DNA of 64,000 nt from a bacterium (GCA_040756235.1 JBFLZG010000066.1:1-64000), one strand, 5' to 3'; numbered from the stretch's first letter, positions 30,978 to 41,429 are shown. Notes: generated from the sequence alone by a model not told the origin. Numbers and translations are program-made.

Positions 30978-31760
30978 TCACTTCCCCTGGAAGTTTGCCG
31001 GCCGCTTTTCCAGGAAGGCCTTGGCTCCCTCGTTCTTGTCTTCCGTTCCGAAGCAGACGCCGCTCAGCTGCGCCTCCCACTTCAATCCCTCGGCCAGCGG
31101 CATCTTCAAGCCTTCGTTGATCGCCTTCTTGGCCATGCGGATGGCGACTGGTCCTTTGGAGAGGATCTTCTTCATGAGCTTCCGAGCCTCCTCGACCGCC
31201 TGTCCCCTGGGCACGACGCGCTCGACCAATCCGATCCGGAGAGCCTCCTGCGCGTTGATGCGCTCGTCGGCGAAGATGATCTCCTTGGCCTTGCCCGGGC
31301 CGATCAGGCGCGGCAGCCGCTGGGTGCCACCGTATCCGGGGATGATGGCGAGATTCACCTCGGGCTGTCCGAAGACCGCGTTCTCGGCCGCAATGCGGAT
31401 ATCGCAGGACAGGGCGAGCTCGTTTCCGCCGCCGAGGCAGTACCCGTTAATCGCCGCGATGACCGGCAGCTCGAACGCCTCGATCTTGTCGAAGACCCGC
31501 TGGCCTCGTCCCATGAACTCCGGAGCCTCCATTCCGGAGACCTCGAGGAAACCGGAGATGTCCGCACCGGCGACGAACGATTTCTCCCCTGCGCCCGTGA
31601 GGATGACTCCCTTGACCTCCGCGTTCCTCCCCAGCTCGTCAAATCTCTTGTCCAACTGGGCCAGCGTCTCCGGATTGAGCGCGTTCAACGCGGCCTGGTT
31701 GTCGATGGTCACGATCGCGATGCCGTCTTCGATCTGGCATCGCACGAATTCTTTTTCCAT
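30978..31760 (-). CDS. crt: Enoyl-CoA hydratase (crotonase)
   Basis: FVAGADI, GGGNELA, GQPEV and PGYGGTQRL; both catalytic Glu present. Confidence 0.92.
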   Translation of the reverse strand: MEKEFVRCQIEDGIAIVTIDNQAALNALNPETLAQLDKRFDELGRNAEVKGVILTGAGEKSFVAGADISGFLEVSGMEAPEFMGRGQRVFDKIEAFELPVIAAINGYCLGGGNELALSCDIRIAAENAVFGQPEVNLAIIPGYGGTQRLPRLIGPGKAKEIIFADERINAQEALRIGLVERVVPRGQAVEEARKLMKKILSKGPVAIRMAKKAINEGLKMPLAEGLKWEAQLSGVCFGTEDKNEGAKAFLEKRPANFQGK

Positions 31761-32275
31761 TCCTTGACCTCCCTGTCCCCAGTGATTCCGCCCACATTGA
31801 TTGATCCTTCGGAAAGTCAGCATAGGTAAGTGGGTCCTGGACGTCAAGGCGAAGCGGAGGCGCGCACCGCACGCGTTTGGACCCTGCTCGGGGGTGTGCT
31901 AGCATAGAGTATCCGTGGGGGCGCAGAGTCTGTTATGACGAGTCGCGTCGGATACCTATTCTGCCTCATCTGTTTCTGCTGGTTGCTCGGCCTGCCGTGC
32001 TACCGGGCCTTCCGCGTGGAATCTCCTGCTCCCCTCAGCATGCAGCACCAAGAGGCGGAGATCGTCTCCCGTCTCCCTGAGGACGCCTCTCCGACGCGGC
32101 ACTCGCCCGAAAGCCTGTTCCGTCTGAAACCTGCGGCCTGTACCACGCAGGAGATGGTTCCTCCCCGGACCTCCGGCCGCCGGTCGCCTGTGCGCGAACG
32201 CGTCGTTCTCCGGCCCGGACACCCCATCAGGATCTTCAAGCCTCCGATCTCCCTCCTTGGGTCTCTTCTGGATAG

Positions 32276-32482
32276 CTAGAGGCTGTCCCGGAACGCCCAT
32301 CTGCGGCGTGCCTTGTCAGGGGCCAGGTGTCGGGTTGCAGGTGTCAGTCCCCGCCTCTGCCCTGCCCAACGGGATGTTCTCATCCGCCTGTTCTCGCGGT
32401 GGACTCGGCGTCCGGCGCTGAAACCTGGTACCTGAAACCTGACCCTCTGCTTCGTGCGCCCGGGCATGTTCGAACAGCCCTC
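32276..32482. mobile_element. MITE-like element carrying heptamer tandem repeats
   Basis: CTAGAGGCTGTC...GCCCATCTGCGG start and GAACAGCCCTC end as in the 21424 copy; CAGGTGT- and CTGAAAC-type heptamers inside. Confidence 0.65.
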
Positions 32483-32545
32483 AAAGCGACATTTCCGCTG
32501 CTACGGATCGACTGCTGTCCAAAGCCAGCCGAGAGGAGAAGCAAC

Positions 32546-32653
32546 ATGGAGGAGCGCAAGCGCTTGAACATGAAGATCGCCGGCGTAGTGATCGCTGCCG
32601 CCGCTTTTTCGGTCGCATTCATCCTGGTTGCCCGCCATTTCGGGTTCGGTTGA
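32546..32653 (+). CDS. 35-aa single-TM small protein
   Basis: GAGGAG RBS; MEERKRLNMKIAGVVIAAAAFSVAFILVARHFGFG. Confidence 0.55.
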   Translation: MEERKRLNMKIAGVVIAAAAFSVAFILVARHFGFG

Positions 32654-32922
32654 TCAACAGGTCCTCCCCGGAGGGGGTATTTCCGCCCGGGTGCCGGTGT
32701 TACCCGGCCGGACCTACCCCCTCCTCATGTTCTCTCCCCTCCCTCCCGCTGCGCGCCCGGTTGACAATGCTCGAAGGCACGGTGTTATACTGCGCCCGCC
32801 TTATCCCCCTCGACCGAGAGCCCCTTCCTTCGGAAGGTGTCGAACAACACCTTCTTGAGAGGCTGGTGAGAAATGGCCGGATGGCCTTTGCCGACAGCCT
32901 CTTTGCAGGAGAACCTCCCGCC

Positions 32923-35900
32923 ATGAAAAGAAAGCTGCTGGCCTCGCTCGTTCTGGTTGCCCTGGCAAAGGGGGCCTCTCTGGCAGCGGGCCCGGTCGAC
33001 CGGCCCGACGTCACCCGGGATGCGCAGGTCGTTTCCGTCACCGGAGAGGGTTGGGTGCGATTTCTGGCCCAGGAACAATGGCTGGAGGCCTTTCGGGAAC
33101 AAGTCCTCACCGCCGGAGACTTCCTGAGGACCGGCGATTACGGAAAAATGGGGATCCTGTTCGCCGACGGCATCCAGATCAAGGTCAGCAAGAGGACGAC
33201 GCTCGTCATCAAAGAGGTCGACCGGCCGGCGGAGAAGAAAGCCACCGTGCTGGGGCTCGAGAAAGGTGAGGTCTGGAGCAGGGCCAAGACGGTCCCCGAA
33301 GGCCTGAGGATCGAGACGCCCTCGGCCACCGCGGCGATCCGGGGCACCGACTGGGACCTGTCCGTGGACGAGAACGGCACGAGCACCGTGACCGTCCTCG
33401 CGGGGAGCGTGTCTTTCTACAACGATTTTGGGGGCCTCACCGTCGAGCCGGGGCAGCAGGCCGTGGCCGAGATCGGAAAGCCTCCGGTACGGACTTTTCT
33501 CGTCCGGCCAAGAGAGCGGGTCCAGTGGGTCTTCTCCTACCCGATGGACATGGTCGAGCTCGTGCCCTTCCGCTCTCACCGGAGGCAGGAGGCCCTGGCT
33601 GCCCTGCCGGGGGCGCGCGAGCGGGCGGAGCAGGATCCGTCCGACTTGGCTGCGAAGCTGTCCCTGGCCGGCCTCCTGTTCGACCTGAAAGAGAAGGGGG
33701 AGAGTCTCGAGCTCTTCGATGAGGTCCTCGCCGCGGAGCCCGGAAACCCCAAGGCCCTGGCCTTCCGGGGGCTCCTCGCCCTGGACCGGGGGGAGCTCGA
33801 GAAGGCGGAGGCGCTGTTCGAGCGCGCCGCGGCCGGTCCGGGACAGGATGCTGCTGCCCGGGTCGAGGCCCTCCTTGGAAAGGCGGGTGTCCGGATCCGT
33901 CAGGACGAGATCCGCCAGGCGGCGGACCTGATCGGCAAGCTCCAGAAGACGGAGCCCGCCAACCCCGTGGTCGGCGTGGTCGCCTCGGTCTTCGAGGCCT
34001 ACCTGGGCCATTTCACCGGTGCGGTCGATCTTGCTGACCGGTATGCCGCGATGCACCCGAGCGACGAGCGCTTCCCGATCCTTGCGGCGAGCTTCTGGGT
34101 CGTGCTGGACGAGTTCGGAAAGGCGCGGGAGTCGGTGGCTCGCGGGCTCCTGCTGAACCCTGCATCCTCCCAGGGACACGCGGTGCTGGCCGGGATCGAT
34201 CACCTGGAAGGGAAAGGGCCTGAGGCGGAAGCCGGCTACCGCAGAGCCGTCGAGCTGGATCCGACCAATGCCGGAGCGAGAAACGGGCTCGGCCTCGTCC
34301 GCATGGAGAAGGGGTACTTCGAAGAGGCACGCCAGCAAGTCTCCGAGGCCCTGGAGATCAAACCGGACAACCCGATGCTCTGGGCCAACCGGGGCGTCCT
34401 GTTCACCCTGATCGAGAAGCTCGAGCGGGCCCGGGAGGATTACGGCACGGCCCTGGAAAAGGACCCCACCCACTACATGACGCTCAATGGCCTGGGGCTG
34501 GTCGCCCTGAAGGAGGGCAGGACGGAGGAGGCAATCGAGTATTTCCTCAAGTCAAGCCTCATCGAGCCCCGCTTCGCCCAGCCCCACAGCTTTCTGGCCG
34601 TGGCCTACTACCAGCTCGGGAACATGCAGAAAGCCATGGATGAGCTCACCCTGGCCGAGCAGCTGGACCCCAGGGACCCTCTGCCTCACCTCATCGCCTA
34701 CCTGATCCATCAGGACACCTACCGGCCCTTCGACGCGGTCCAGGAAGCCAGGAAAGTCCTCGACCTGCTCCCGTACATGAAGAGCGTCGAGGAAATCGAG
34801 AACACCAAGGCCGGCCTCTCCAACCTCGGGTCGGCCCTGCTGAGTTTCGGCCTGGCGGACTGGTCCGAGAGCTACGCGCAGGAGTCTTACAACCCCTACA
34901 ACGCATCGAGCCACTTCCAGGCTTCCAGGCGCTACAACGACAACCACTTCGTGGCCGTGAGCGAGCTGATCCAGGGGCTCCTCCTGGATCCCCTGGCCAA
35001 CTCGGCGCCCACCCGGTACCAGGACATCATCCGGCGGCCCCGGTTCGACCTCACCCTGGCCGGCACCTGGGGCGATGAGGACGGCGGCTTCTCGCAGCAG
35101 TACTCGGGCATCGCGCAGGGGTATTTCCGGGAGCCTTTCGAGACTTCCTATTCGCTGGCCGTTCAGGGGTACGACCAAGAGGGTGCGGTGGAGAACGGGG
35201 CCTCTGACGGCGGCAGCCTCGCTTTCGGCCTGGGGGTCAAGCCGGATTACCGGAACGGCTTCAACTTCGGCTTCACGGCGAGCAAGGACGAGTCCGGGCA
35301 GCCGGGCCTTGCCTCGGAGCCGGACCCGGACGATGAGCTGAAGACGGACAACCTCTCGGCCGACCTGGGCTACCGCCACAGGTTCGGGCCGAAGAACGAC
35401 CTTCTTGCCCGGGTCGCCTACGACCGCTGGCACTTCGACCTGGAAAACCCTTCACCTTTCGGGACCGGGCTGACGGATTTCCAGCTTTCCTTCCTGTTCG
35501 CCGGCTGGGACCTGGCGACGACAAGGGGTTTCTTTCGCCAGGGCGTCTATGACGTGACGGAGGTCGTGGGACAACCCCCTGACGCGACACTGGTCACGGA
35601 CTCGACCGGCACGGTGGGGGCGACCCCGGGCGTGATCCTTCTCCCTTCCGCGTTCCCCGCTTTCCTCGACAGCGACCCCCGGCGCCGCGACGAGACCACG
35701 AACGAGGACCTCCCGGTCGAGCTCCGCCATCTTTTCAACGTGGGAGATCGGCACGAGTTCACGTACGGCGTCGAGTACATCCCGATCTGGACCGAATACG
35801 AGGTGACGTTCAACGAATTCCGGGACACCGGGACCATCGACTTCTACGAGGAAGTCATTTTGGACCCGGAAGCGTTCGGCTGGACCTTTCCGCGGGTGAC

Positions 35901-36723
35901 CCGGAGCGAGCGGAAGGACCGGACCACGAATGAGGGGAGGTTCCTCACCGCCTATATGGACGACCGGTGGAAGCTTTCGGACGCGGTGCTCGTCGAGGGG
36001 AGCGTGGCCTTCGAATCCTTCAGTGACGACGAAAACGACGACAACCGGTTTTACCCCAAGATCGGCATCGCCGTCCGGCCCCTGAAGAACCACATCCTCA
36101 GGGTCGGCTACCAGCACTGGCTGGAGAAGGTCTCGGCCGGCACCCTGGCGCCCGTCACCACTGCGGGGCTCGTGGTGGACAACAGCCTGGGTCTTCAGGG
36201 CTCGCGCATCTACGACTACCAGGTGCGGTTGGAATCGAGGTGGACGGGCCGCCTCTTCACGGCCCTCGGCGGGGAGCGGGTGGAGCTGAAGGACCCGGAC
36301 CTGGGCGAGGGAGTCCCCGGCCGCGAGCTGGCCTCCAACCGCGCCATGGCCTCGATCAACGCGATCCTGGCCCGGCAGCTCGCCCTGTTCCTGCGATACG
36401 CCTACACCGACGCGGACGGCACGGGCGGGTTCATCGACAGCCTTTCCATCCCTGGCGTTCCGGACCACATCGCCAACGGGGGCATCGTCTGGATCTCACC
36501 GCTGTACGTGAGGGTCATGGCTTCCGAGACTTACGTGGGGGAGCAGTTTGCCGACTACACCAACGAGGAGAAGATTTCGGATTACTGGATGACGAATTTG
36601 TCGGCTGCTTGGGAGCCCTTCGACAAGCACGGGTTCGTCGGCTTTGCGGTGAACAACCTCTTCAACGCCGGCGCCCCGGCGCCGGGGCGGTCGATCTTCC
36701 TGACGCTGGAGTTTCGATTGTAA
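32923..36723 (+). CDS. FecR-domain + TPR + C-terminal beta-barrel outer-membrane receptor
   Basis: Signal peptide, IETPSATAAIRGT (FecR), many TPRs (e.g. LDPRDP.P), barrel ending GRSIFLTLEFRL. Confidence 0.88.
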   Translation: MKRKLLASLVLVALAKGASLAAGPVDRPDVTRDAQVVSVTGEGWVRFLAQEQWLEAFREQVLTAGDFLRTGDYGKMGILFADGIQIKVSKRTTLVIKEVDRPAEKKATVLGLEKGEVWSRAKTVPEGLRIETPSATAAIRGTDWDLSVDENGTSTVTVLAGSVSFYNDFGGLTVEPGQQAVAEIGKPPVRTFLVRPRERVQWVFSYPMDMVELVPFRSHRRQEALAALPGARERAEQDPSDLAAKLSLAGLLFDLKEKGESLELFDEVLAAEPGNPKALAFRGLLALDRGELEKAEALFERAAAGPGQDAAARVEALLGKAGVRIRQDEIRQAADLIGKLQKTEPANPVVGVVASVFEAYLGHFTGAVDLADRYAAMHPSDERFPILAASFWVVLDEFGKARESVARGLLLNPASSQGHAVLAGIDHLEGKGPEAEAGYRRAVELDPTNAGARNGLGLVRMEKGYFEEARQQVSEALEIKPDNPMLWANRGVLFTLIEKLERAREDYGTALEKDPTHYMTLNGLGLVALKEGRTEEAIEYFLKSSLIEPRFAQPHSFLAVAYYQLGNMQKAMDELTLAEQLDPRDPLPHLIAYLIHQDTYRPFDAVQEARKVLDLLPYMKSVEEIENTKAGLSNLGSALLSFGLADWSESYAQESYNPYNASSHFQASRRYNDNHFVAVSELIQGLLLDPLANSAPTRYQDIIRRPRFDLTLAGTWGDEDGGFSQQYSGIAQGYFREPFETSYSLAVQGYDQEGAVENGASDGGSLAFGLGVKPDYRNGFNFGFTASKDESGQPGLASEPDPDDELKTDNLSADLGYRHRFGPKNDLLARVAYDRWHFDLENPSPFGTGLTDFQLSFLFAGWDLATTRGFFRQGVYDVTEVVGQPPDATLVTDSTGTVGATPGVILLPSAFPAFLDSDPRRRDETTNEDLPVELRHLFNVGDRHEFTYGVEYIPIWTEYEVTFNEFRDTGTIDFYEEVILDPEAFGWTFPRVTRSERKDRTTNEGRFLTAYMDDRWKLSDAVLVEGSVAFESFSDDENDDNRFYPKIGIAVRPLKNHILRVGYQHWLEKVSAGTLAPVTTAGLVVDNSLGLQGSRIYDYQVRLESRWTGRLFTALGGERVELKDPDLGEGVPGRELASNRAMASINAILARQLALFLRYAYTDADGTGGFIDSLSIPGVPDHIANGGIVWISPLYVRVMASETYVGEQFADYTNEEKISDYWMTNLSAAWEPFDKHGFVGFAVNNLFNAGAPAPGRSIFLTLEFRL

Positions 36724-36892
36724 GGCGTCGCGGAGCAGGGACCGGACTCCGGCCTGCGCCGGGGTGACGGAAAAGAGCCAGCCGGATTCCGGCCTACGGG
36801 CCGTGTTCATTTCGTCATCCCGGCCCATGCTGAGTGGCGCGTGCGAGCCGGGATCCGGGAGCCTGCCCAAGAACGGCTGAAGAGTTTGCGCC

Positions 36893-38665
36893 TTGAGTCC
36901 TCTGAAACGACACCTCCTGCTGGGCTCGCTGACCGGGCTGTGCGCCGCGGCCCTCGGCCTGCTGCCGCCCTCGGAGCTCCTGGAGCTCAAGGGCTATGAC
37001 CTCCTGCATGCTTTTCGAAAGCCCTCCCGGCCTGCCGCAGAGATCGTGATCGTGGCCATCGACGAGCCTTCCTTCGCGGAATTCGGCCAACAGTGGCCGT
37101 GGCCGCGGAGCCTTCACGGCCGTCTGGTCGAGACGCTCGCCCGCGAGGGAGCGGCGGTGGTGGCGTTCGACGTGCTGTTCGCAGAGCCTTCGACGGCCGC
37201 GGAAGACGAGGCCCTGGCCGGCGCGATCCGGAGCGCCGGCAACGTCGTGTTGGCGTCCCACGTCGAGGTCCTGAGCGACAGGAACTATGCGGCCGAAATG
37301 GCGGTGGAGCCGATCGAACGGTTCAGGGAAGGCGCGTCCACGGGAATCGCCACCGTGCCGGTGGACCGGGACGGCGTGGTGCGCAGGTACCAGCCCCTGG
37401 ACAGGAGGGAGGTCTCGTTTGCGGCCGAAATCGGCCGTCTTTACACCGGGAAAGCGCTACGGGCGCCTGAGGGCGCGCACATCGCCTACCTGGGGCCGCC
37501 CGGCAGTTTCGCGGCCGTCTCCTACTACCAGGCTGCGGATCCGGGACGCTACCTGCCGCACGCTTTCTTCCGGGGGAAGATCGTTCTGATCGGAAGGAAT
37601 CTCAAGACCTCGCCGGAGCCGGGGCATTCCGGCCCGGATCTTTTCGCGACGCCGTTCCTCGCAGCCCGCAAGAGCCGGCTCATGGCCGGGGTGGAGATCC
37701 ACGCGAACATGGTTCACGGGCTTCTCGAGGGGCGCTTCGTGGCGAGGCTCTCGCGCGCCCGCGCCGCGATCCTCTTCTTCGCCCTGGGGCTCCTGGGAAG
37801 CCTGCTGCAGGCCAAGTGGAGGCCCTTGCGAAGCGGCGTCCTGGCCGGGCTGGCGCTGGCAGGCTACTGGGCCGGTGCCTACGCCCTGGTCGAGGCGCAC
37901 GGCCTGTGGGTCCCGACCCTGCTCCCGGTGCTTTGCTTTGTCGTCCCCTACGGGTCCTCGGGTCTCAACGCCTACCTTCAGAGCGAGCGCAAACGGCGGC
38001 AGATCCGGAAGGCCTTCGGTCATTATCTCTCTCCCGAGGTGCTCAAGGTGATCCTCGAGAACCCGGAGGGACTGCGCCTCGGGGGCGAGAAGGTGGAAGC
38101 CACGATCCTCTTCTCCGACATCGTGAATTTTACGACCCTGGCGGAGAGGCTCTCTCCGGAAGGGGTCGGGTCGTTTCTCAACCGCTACTTCACCGAGATG
38201 ACGAAGATCGTGTTCGACTGCAAGGGGACCATCGACAAGTTCATGGGCGACGCGGTCATGGCCTTCTGGGGCGCGCCGGTGCCGGACGGCGAGCATGCCC
38301 TTGGCGCCTGCCGGGCGGCGGCCGCCATGCAGGAGCGCATGCGATCTCTCAGGGAAGAAATGAAGAGGGACGGCCTCCCCGAGCTGTTCGTGCGAATCGG
38401 CATCCACACGGGGGAGGTGATCGTGGGCAACATGGGCTCTTCCGAGCTCTTCAATTACACCGTTCTCGGGGACGCGGTGAACCTCGCCTCCCGTCTGGAG
38501 GGGGCGAACAAGGATTTCGGCACCTCGATCCTGATCAGCCGGTCGGTCTACGACAGGGCCGCCTCCGCTCTGCAGGCAAGGCCCCTCGGCAAGATCACGG
38601 TCAAGGGGAAGACAACGGAGGTCGAGGTGTTCGAGCTGCTGGGAGTCGCGCAGCCGCAAGCTTGA
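36893..38665 (+). CDS. CHASE2-domain class III adenylate cyclase
   Basis: IVAIDE, WPWPR, GVEIHA, three TMs, FSDIVNFT, DKFMGD and GDAVNLASRLE. Confidence 0.95.
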   Translation: MSPLKRHLLLGSLTGLCAAALGLLPPSELLELKGYDLLHAFRKPSRPAAEIVIVAIDEPSFAEFGQQWPWPRSLHGRLVETLAREGAAVVAFDVLFAEPSTAAEDEALAGAIRSAGNVVLASHVEVLSDRNYAAEMAVEPIERFREGASTGIATVPVDRDGVVRRYQPLDRREVSFAAEIGRLYTGKALRAPEGAHIAYLGPPGSFAAVSYYQAADPGRYLPHAFFRGKIVLIGRNLKTSPEPGHSGPDLFATPFLAARKSRLMAGVEIHANMVHGLLEGRFVARLSRARAAILFFALGLLGSLLQAKWRPLRSGVLAGLALAGYWAGAYALVEAHGLWVPTLLPVLCFVVPYGSSGLNAYLQSERKRRQIRKAFGHYLSPEVLKVILENPEGLRLGGEKVEATILFSDIVNFTTLAERLSPEGVGSFLNRYFTEMTKIVFDCKGTIDKFMGDAVMAFWGAPVPDGEHALGACRAAAAMQERMRSLREEMKRDGLPELFVRIGIHTGEVIVGNMGSSELFNYTVLGDAVNLASRLEGANKDFGTSILISRSVYDRAASALQARPLGKITVKGKTTEVEVFELLGVAQPQA

Positions 38666-38710
38666 CACCATCCTGACCCCTGCGCCATAGTTGAGCCGTG
38701 CACACGCACA

Positions 38711-38830
38711 CCGTTGGGGGTGCCGCAACGGGGGGACCTGCGGGAAGCAGGTTCCCGCGCAGGCCGGGCCTGCGGGGCTGAGAGCATACCCTTCGAACCT
38801 GACCTGGGTCATGCCAGCGTAGGGAAACGG
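38711..38830 (+). ncRNA. TPP riboswitch with expanded P3 region
   Basis: GGGGTGC...GCTGAGA...ACCCTTCGAACCTGA...GCCAGCGTAGGGAA, P1 CCGTT/AACGG; upstream TTGACA-N18-CATAGT; precedes thi genes. Confidence 0.95.
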
Positions 38831-38863
38831 GACGAGATCCGCGCAAGCTGCGCAGGATGCGAA

Positions 38864-38893
38864 GCCGTTTCCTCCGGAGACGGCCTTTTTTTT
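38864..38893 (+). terminator. Intrinsic terminator (riboswitch expression platform)
   Basis: GCCGTTTCC-loop-GGAGACGGC followed by a T run. Confidence 0.8.
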
Positions 38894-38929
38894 CTGAAGA
38901 TGCAGCCGAGAGCCCAGAGGTAGAACTTC

Positions 38930-40069
38930 ATGAGCATGAGCATCCCATCCGGGAAAAGCGTGACCATCGTCGGAGGCGGAGTCATCGGCTTGAGCATCGG
39001 CTGGGTCCTTTCGAAACAGGGCTGCGCCGTCACCATCTGGGAGCGCGGGGCGGCCGGGCGGGAGGCTTCCTGGGCGGCTGCCGGCATGCTTTCCGCCCTT
39101 GCGGAGGTCCATTTCGACGAGCAGGACCTGTTGCGTCTCGGTCTCGTCAGCGCCCGGATGTACCCGGAGTGGGTCGGGGAGCTGGAGGCGGCCAGCGGCA
39201 TGTCCATCGGCTATCGGACGGACGGGACGCTCATCGTCGGCATCGATCCGGACGACGCTCGGGACCTGCGCCACCGCTACGAGATCCAGAGCCATTTCCA
39301 GCTCCGGGTGGAGTGGCTGCGCGGCGCGGAGGCCCGCGTGCGAGAGCCTTTGCTCTCCCCCAGGGTCACGGCCGCAATTTCCTGCCTGGACGACCATCGC
39401 GTGGACAACCGCAGGATGGTCGAGGCCCTGAAGGTGGCCTTGCAGGCTGCGGGAGGCGTGCTCGAGGAGAACTGCCCGGTCGAGAAGATCGAGATCCGCA
39501 ACGGCAGGGCGGAAGGGGTCTGGGTACAGGGAGAGCTCCGGGAGGCCCGGACCATCATCCTGGCCGCGGGCTGCTGGTCCGGCTCCATGGCGGGTCTGCC
39601 CGATGCGGTCCGGCCGCCGGTGCGGCCCGTCAAGGGGCAGATGATCGCTCTTCAGATGCTGCCCGAGTCGACGCTCACCAACGTCGTGCAGGCGCCGGAC
39701 GCTTACATGGTGCCCAAGCAGGACGGCCGGCTGTTCATCGGCGCGACCTGCGAAGAGATGGGGTTCGACACGCAGCTCACCGCAGGGGGCATGTTCGAGC
39801 TGCTGCGCGGGGCGTGGGAAGCCGTGCCTGGGATCTACGATTTCCCGATGGCCGAAACCTGGGTCGGACTGCGCCCCGGGAGCCGCGACAACGCGCCCAT
39901 CCTCGGGAAGACGCCGGTGGAGGGCCTGATCATGGCCACCGGGCACTTCCGCAAGGGGATCCTCCTGACGCCGGTGACGGCCCGGGAGATCGCGGCGCTC
40001 GTCCTCACGGGGGAGACGTCCGAGCAGATCGCGCCCCTGCAGCTCTCGAGGTTCACGAAAGGCGCGTAA
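38930..40069 (+). CDS. thiO: Glycine oxidase ThiO
   Basis: [24 protein letters not shown] and GHFRKGILL; thi operon context. Confidence 0.93.
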   Translation: MSMSIPSGKSVTIVGGGVIGLSIGWVLSKQGCAVTIWERGAAGREASWAAAGMLSALAEVHFDEQDLLRLGLVSARMYPEWVGELEAASGMSIGYRTDGTLIVGIDPDDARDLRHRYEIQSHFQLRVEWLRGAEARVREPLLSPRVTAAISCLDDHRVDNRRMVEALKVALQAAGGVLEENCPVEKIEIRNGRAEGVWVQGELREARTIILAAGCWSGSMAGLPDAVRPPVRPVKGQMIALQMLPESTLTNVVQAPDAYMVPKQDGRLFIGATCEEMGFDTQLTAGGMFELLRGAWEAVPGIYDFPMAETWVGLRPGSRDNAPILGKTPVEGLIMATGHFRKGILLTPVTAREIAALVLTGETSEQIAPLQLSRFTKGA

Positions 40070-40275
40070 TGAACGTGACGGTCAACGGGGAGGAGCACAC
40101 GATCGAGGCCGGATGCACGGTCCTGCGCCTCCTGAAGGAAGTCGGGATCGATGCCGCGCAGCCGGGCATTGCCGTGGCCCTGAACGGTTCCGTGGTGCCC
40201 AGGAGCGCCTGGCCGGAAACCGAGGTCCCGGCCGCAGCCGAGATCGAGATCGTGCGTCCCCTCCAGGGCGGCTGA
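40069..40275 (+). CDS. thiS: Sulfur carrier ThiS
   Basis: MNVTVNGE...AVALNG.VVPR..W...QGG; TAATG coupling to thiO. Confidence 0.93.
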   Translation: MNVTVNGEEHTIEAGCTVLRLLKEVGIDAAQPGIAVALNGSVVPRSAWPETEVPAAAEIEIVRPLQGG

Positions 40276-40301
40276 AGAACATGGGAGATGGAGGCAGGAA
40301 C

Positions 40302-41120
40302 ATGGATGAGCTCAGAATAGGAGATTGGACGCTGCGGTCGCGCCTGATCATGGGAAGCGCGCGCTATCCGAGCATGGACATCCTGCTGCGCTCCCTGGAA
40401 GCCAGCGGGACCGAGCTGGTCACGGTGGCCATCCGCAGGGTCAAGGTGCGATCCGACTCCGAGGAGAACGTGTACAAGATGCTGCGTGAAAGGGGTTTCA
40501 AGGTGCTGCCCAACACCGCCGGCTGCTACACCGCCAAGGAGGCGGTGCTGACGGCCCAGCTCGCCCGGGAATCGCTCGAGACCTCCATCATCAAGCTCGA
40601 AGTCATCGGTGACGATGAGACCCTGTTCCCCGACGTCGAGGCCCTGCTGCCGGCCGCCGCTGCTCTGGTCAAGGACGGGTTCACGGTCCTGCCCTACTGC
40701 AACGACGACCCGATCACCTGCAAGAAGCTGGAGGAGATCGGTTGCGCGGCCGTCATGCCCCTGGGAGCCCCGATCGGCTCGGGCATGGGGATCCGCAACC
40801 CTTACAACATCCAGATCATTCGGGAGAGGGCCCGGGTCCCGGTCATCGTGGACGCGGGCGTGGGGACCGCCTCGGACGTGGCGGTGGCCATGGAGCTCGG
40901 CTGCGACGGCGTGCTGCTCAACACGGCCGTGGCCAAGGCGCGCCAGCCGGTCCTCATGGCCGAGGCCATGCGCAAGGCGGTGGAAGCGGGCCGCTCGGCC
41001 TTCCTGGCCGGCAGGATCCCGGTCAAGCTCTACGCGACCGCGTCGAGCCCGATGGAAGGACGCATCTCGATTCATCATGCCCACCCGGGGTCTTCGCCGA
41101 ATCCCAAGGGGAGCGCCTGA
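40302..41120 (+). CDS. thiG: Thiazole synthase
   Basis: [22 protein letters not shown] and DAGVG. Confidence 0.96.
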   Translation: MDELRIGDWTLRSRLIMGSARYPSMDILLRSLEASGTELVTVAIRRVKVRSDSEENVYKMLRERGFKVLPNTAGCYTAKEAVLTAQLARESLETSIIKLEVIGDDETLFPDVEALLPAAAALVKDGFTVLPYCNDDPITCKKLEEIGCAAVMPLGAPIGSGMGIRNPYNIQIIRERARVPVIVDAGVGTASDVAVAMELGCDGVLLNTAVAKARQPVLMAEAMRKAVEAGRSAFLAGRIPVKLYATASSPMEGRISIHHAHPGSSPNPKGSA

Positions 41121-41181
41121 GGCTGTGGGGGCGGCCGTGCCGGGAGGTGGAGCGCTTGCCGGTGGTGGGGGCGACTGAAGT

Positions 41182-41429
41182 GCGATGGGTATCCCGCCTC
41201 GTTCGTCTCGGGCTCGGAACGCTCCGGCCCTTCTCCTCCGGAGAGTCGGAGACCACCGCCCTTCGGGCGGGCGTACCTTTTCGTCCCTCGTCCCTGACCG
41301 GGTGTTCACGGGACACACGAGCCTGGCGGGTCCGATATTCGAGACACATGGCTGCGGTCCACCGGCCTGCGGGACTCGGGACGGCCTGCGCGACTCGCCC
41401 TCGCCGCTCTCGCGCGGGACACCCATCGC
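41182..41429 (+). repeat. ~245-nt structured dispersed element, copy 2
   Basis: Terminal stem GCGATGGGTATCCCGC/GCGGGACACCCATCGC; internal CCGCCCTTCGGGCGG hairpin. Confidence 0.85.

Noticed and set aside
31935..32279. 114-aa ORF with a hydrophobic N-terminus
   Set aside because: No RBS or domain evidence and it ends in a MITE end; cannot be supported.
38857..40068. 472-aa ThiS fusion
   Set aside because: Off-frame overlap with thiO; real thiS starts at 40069.
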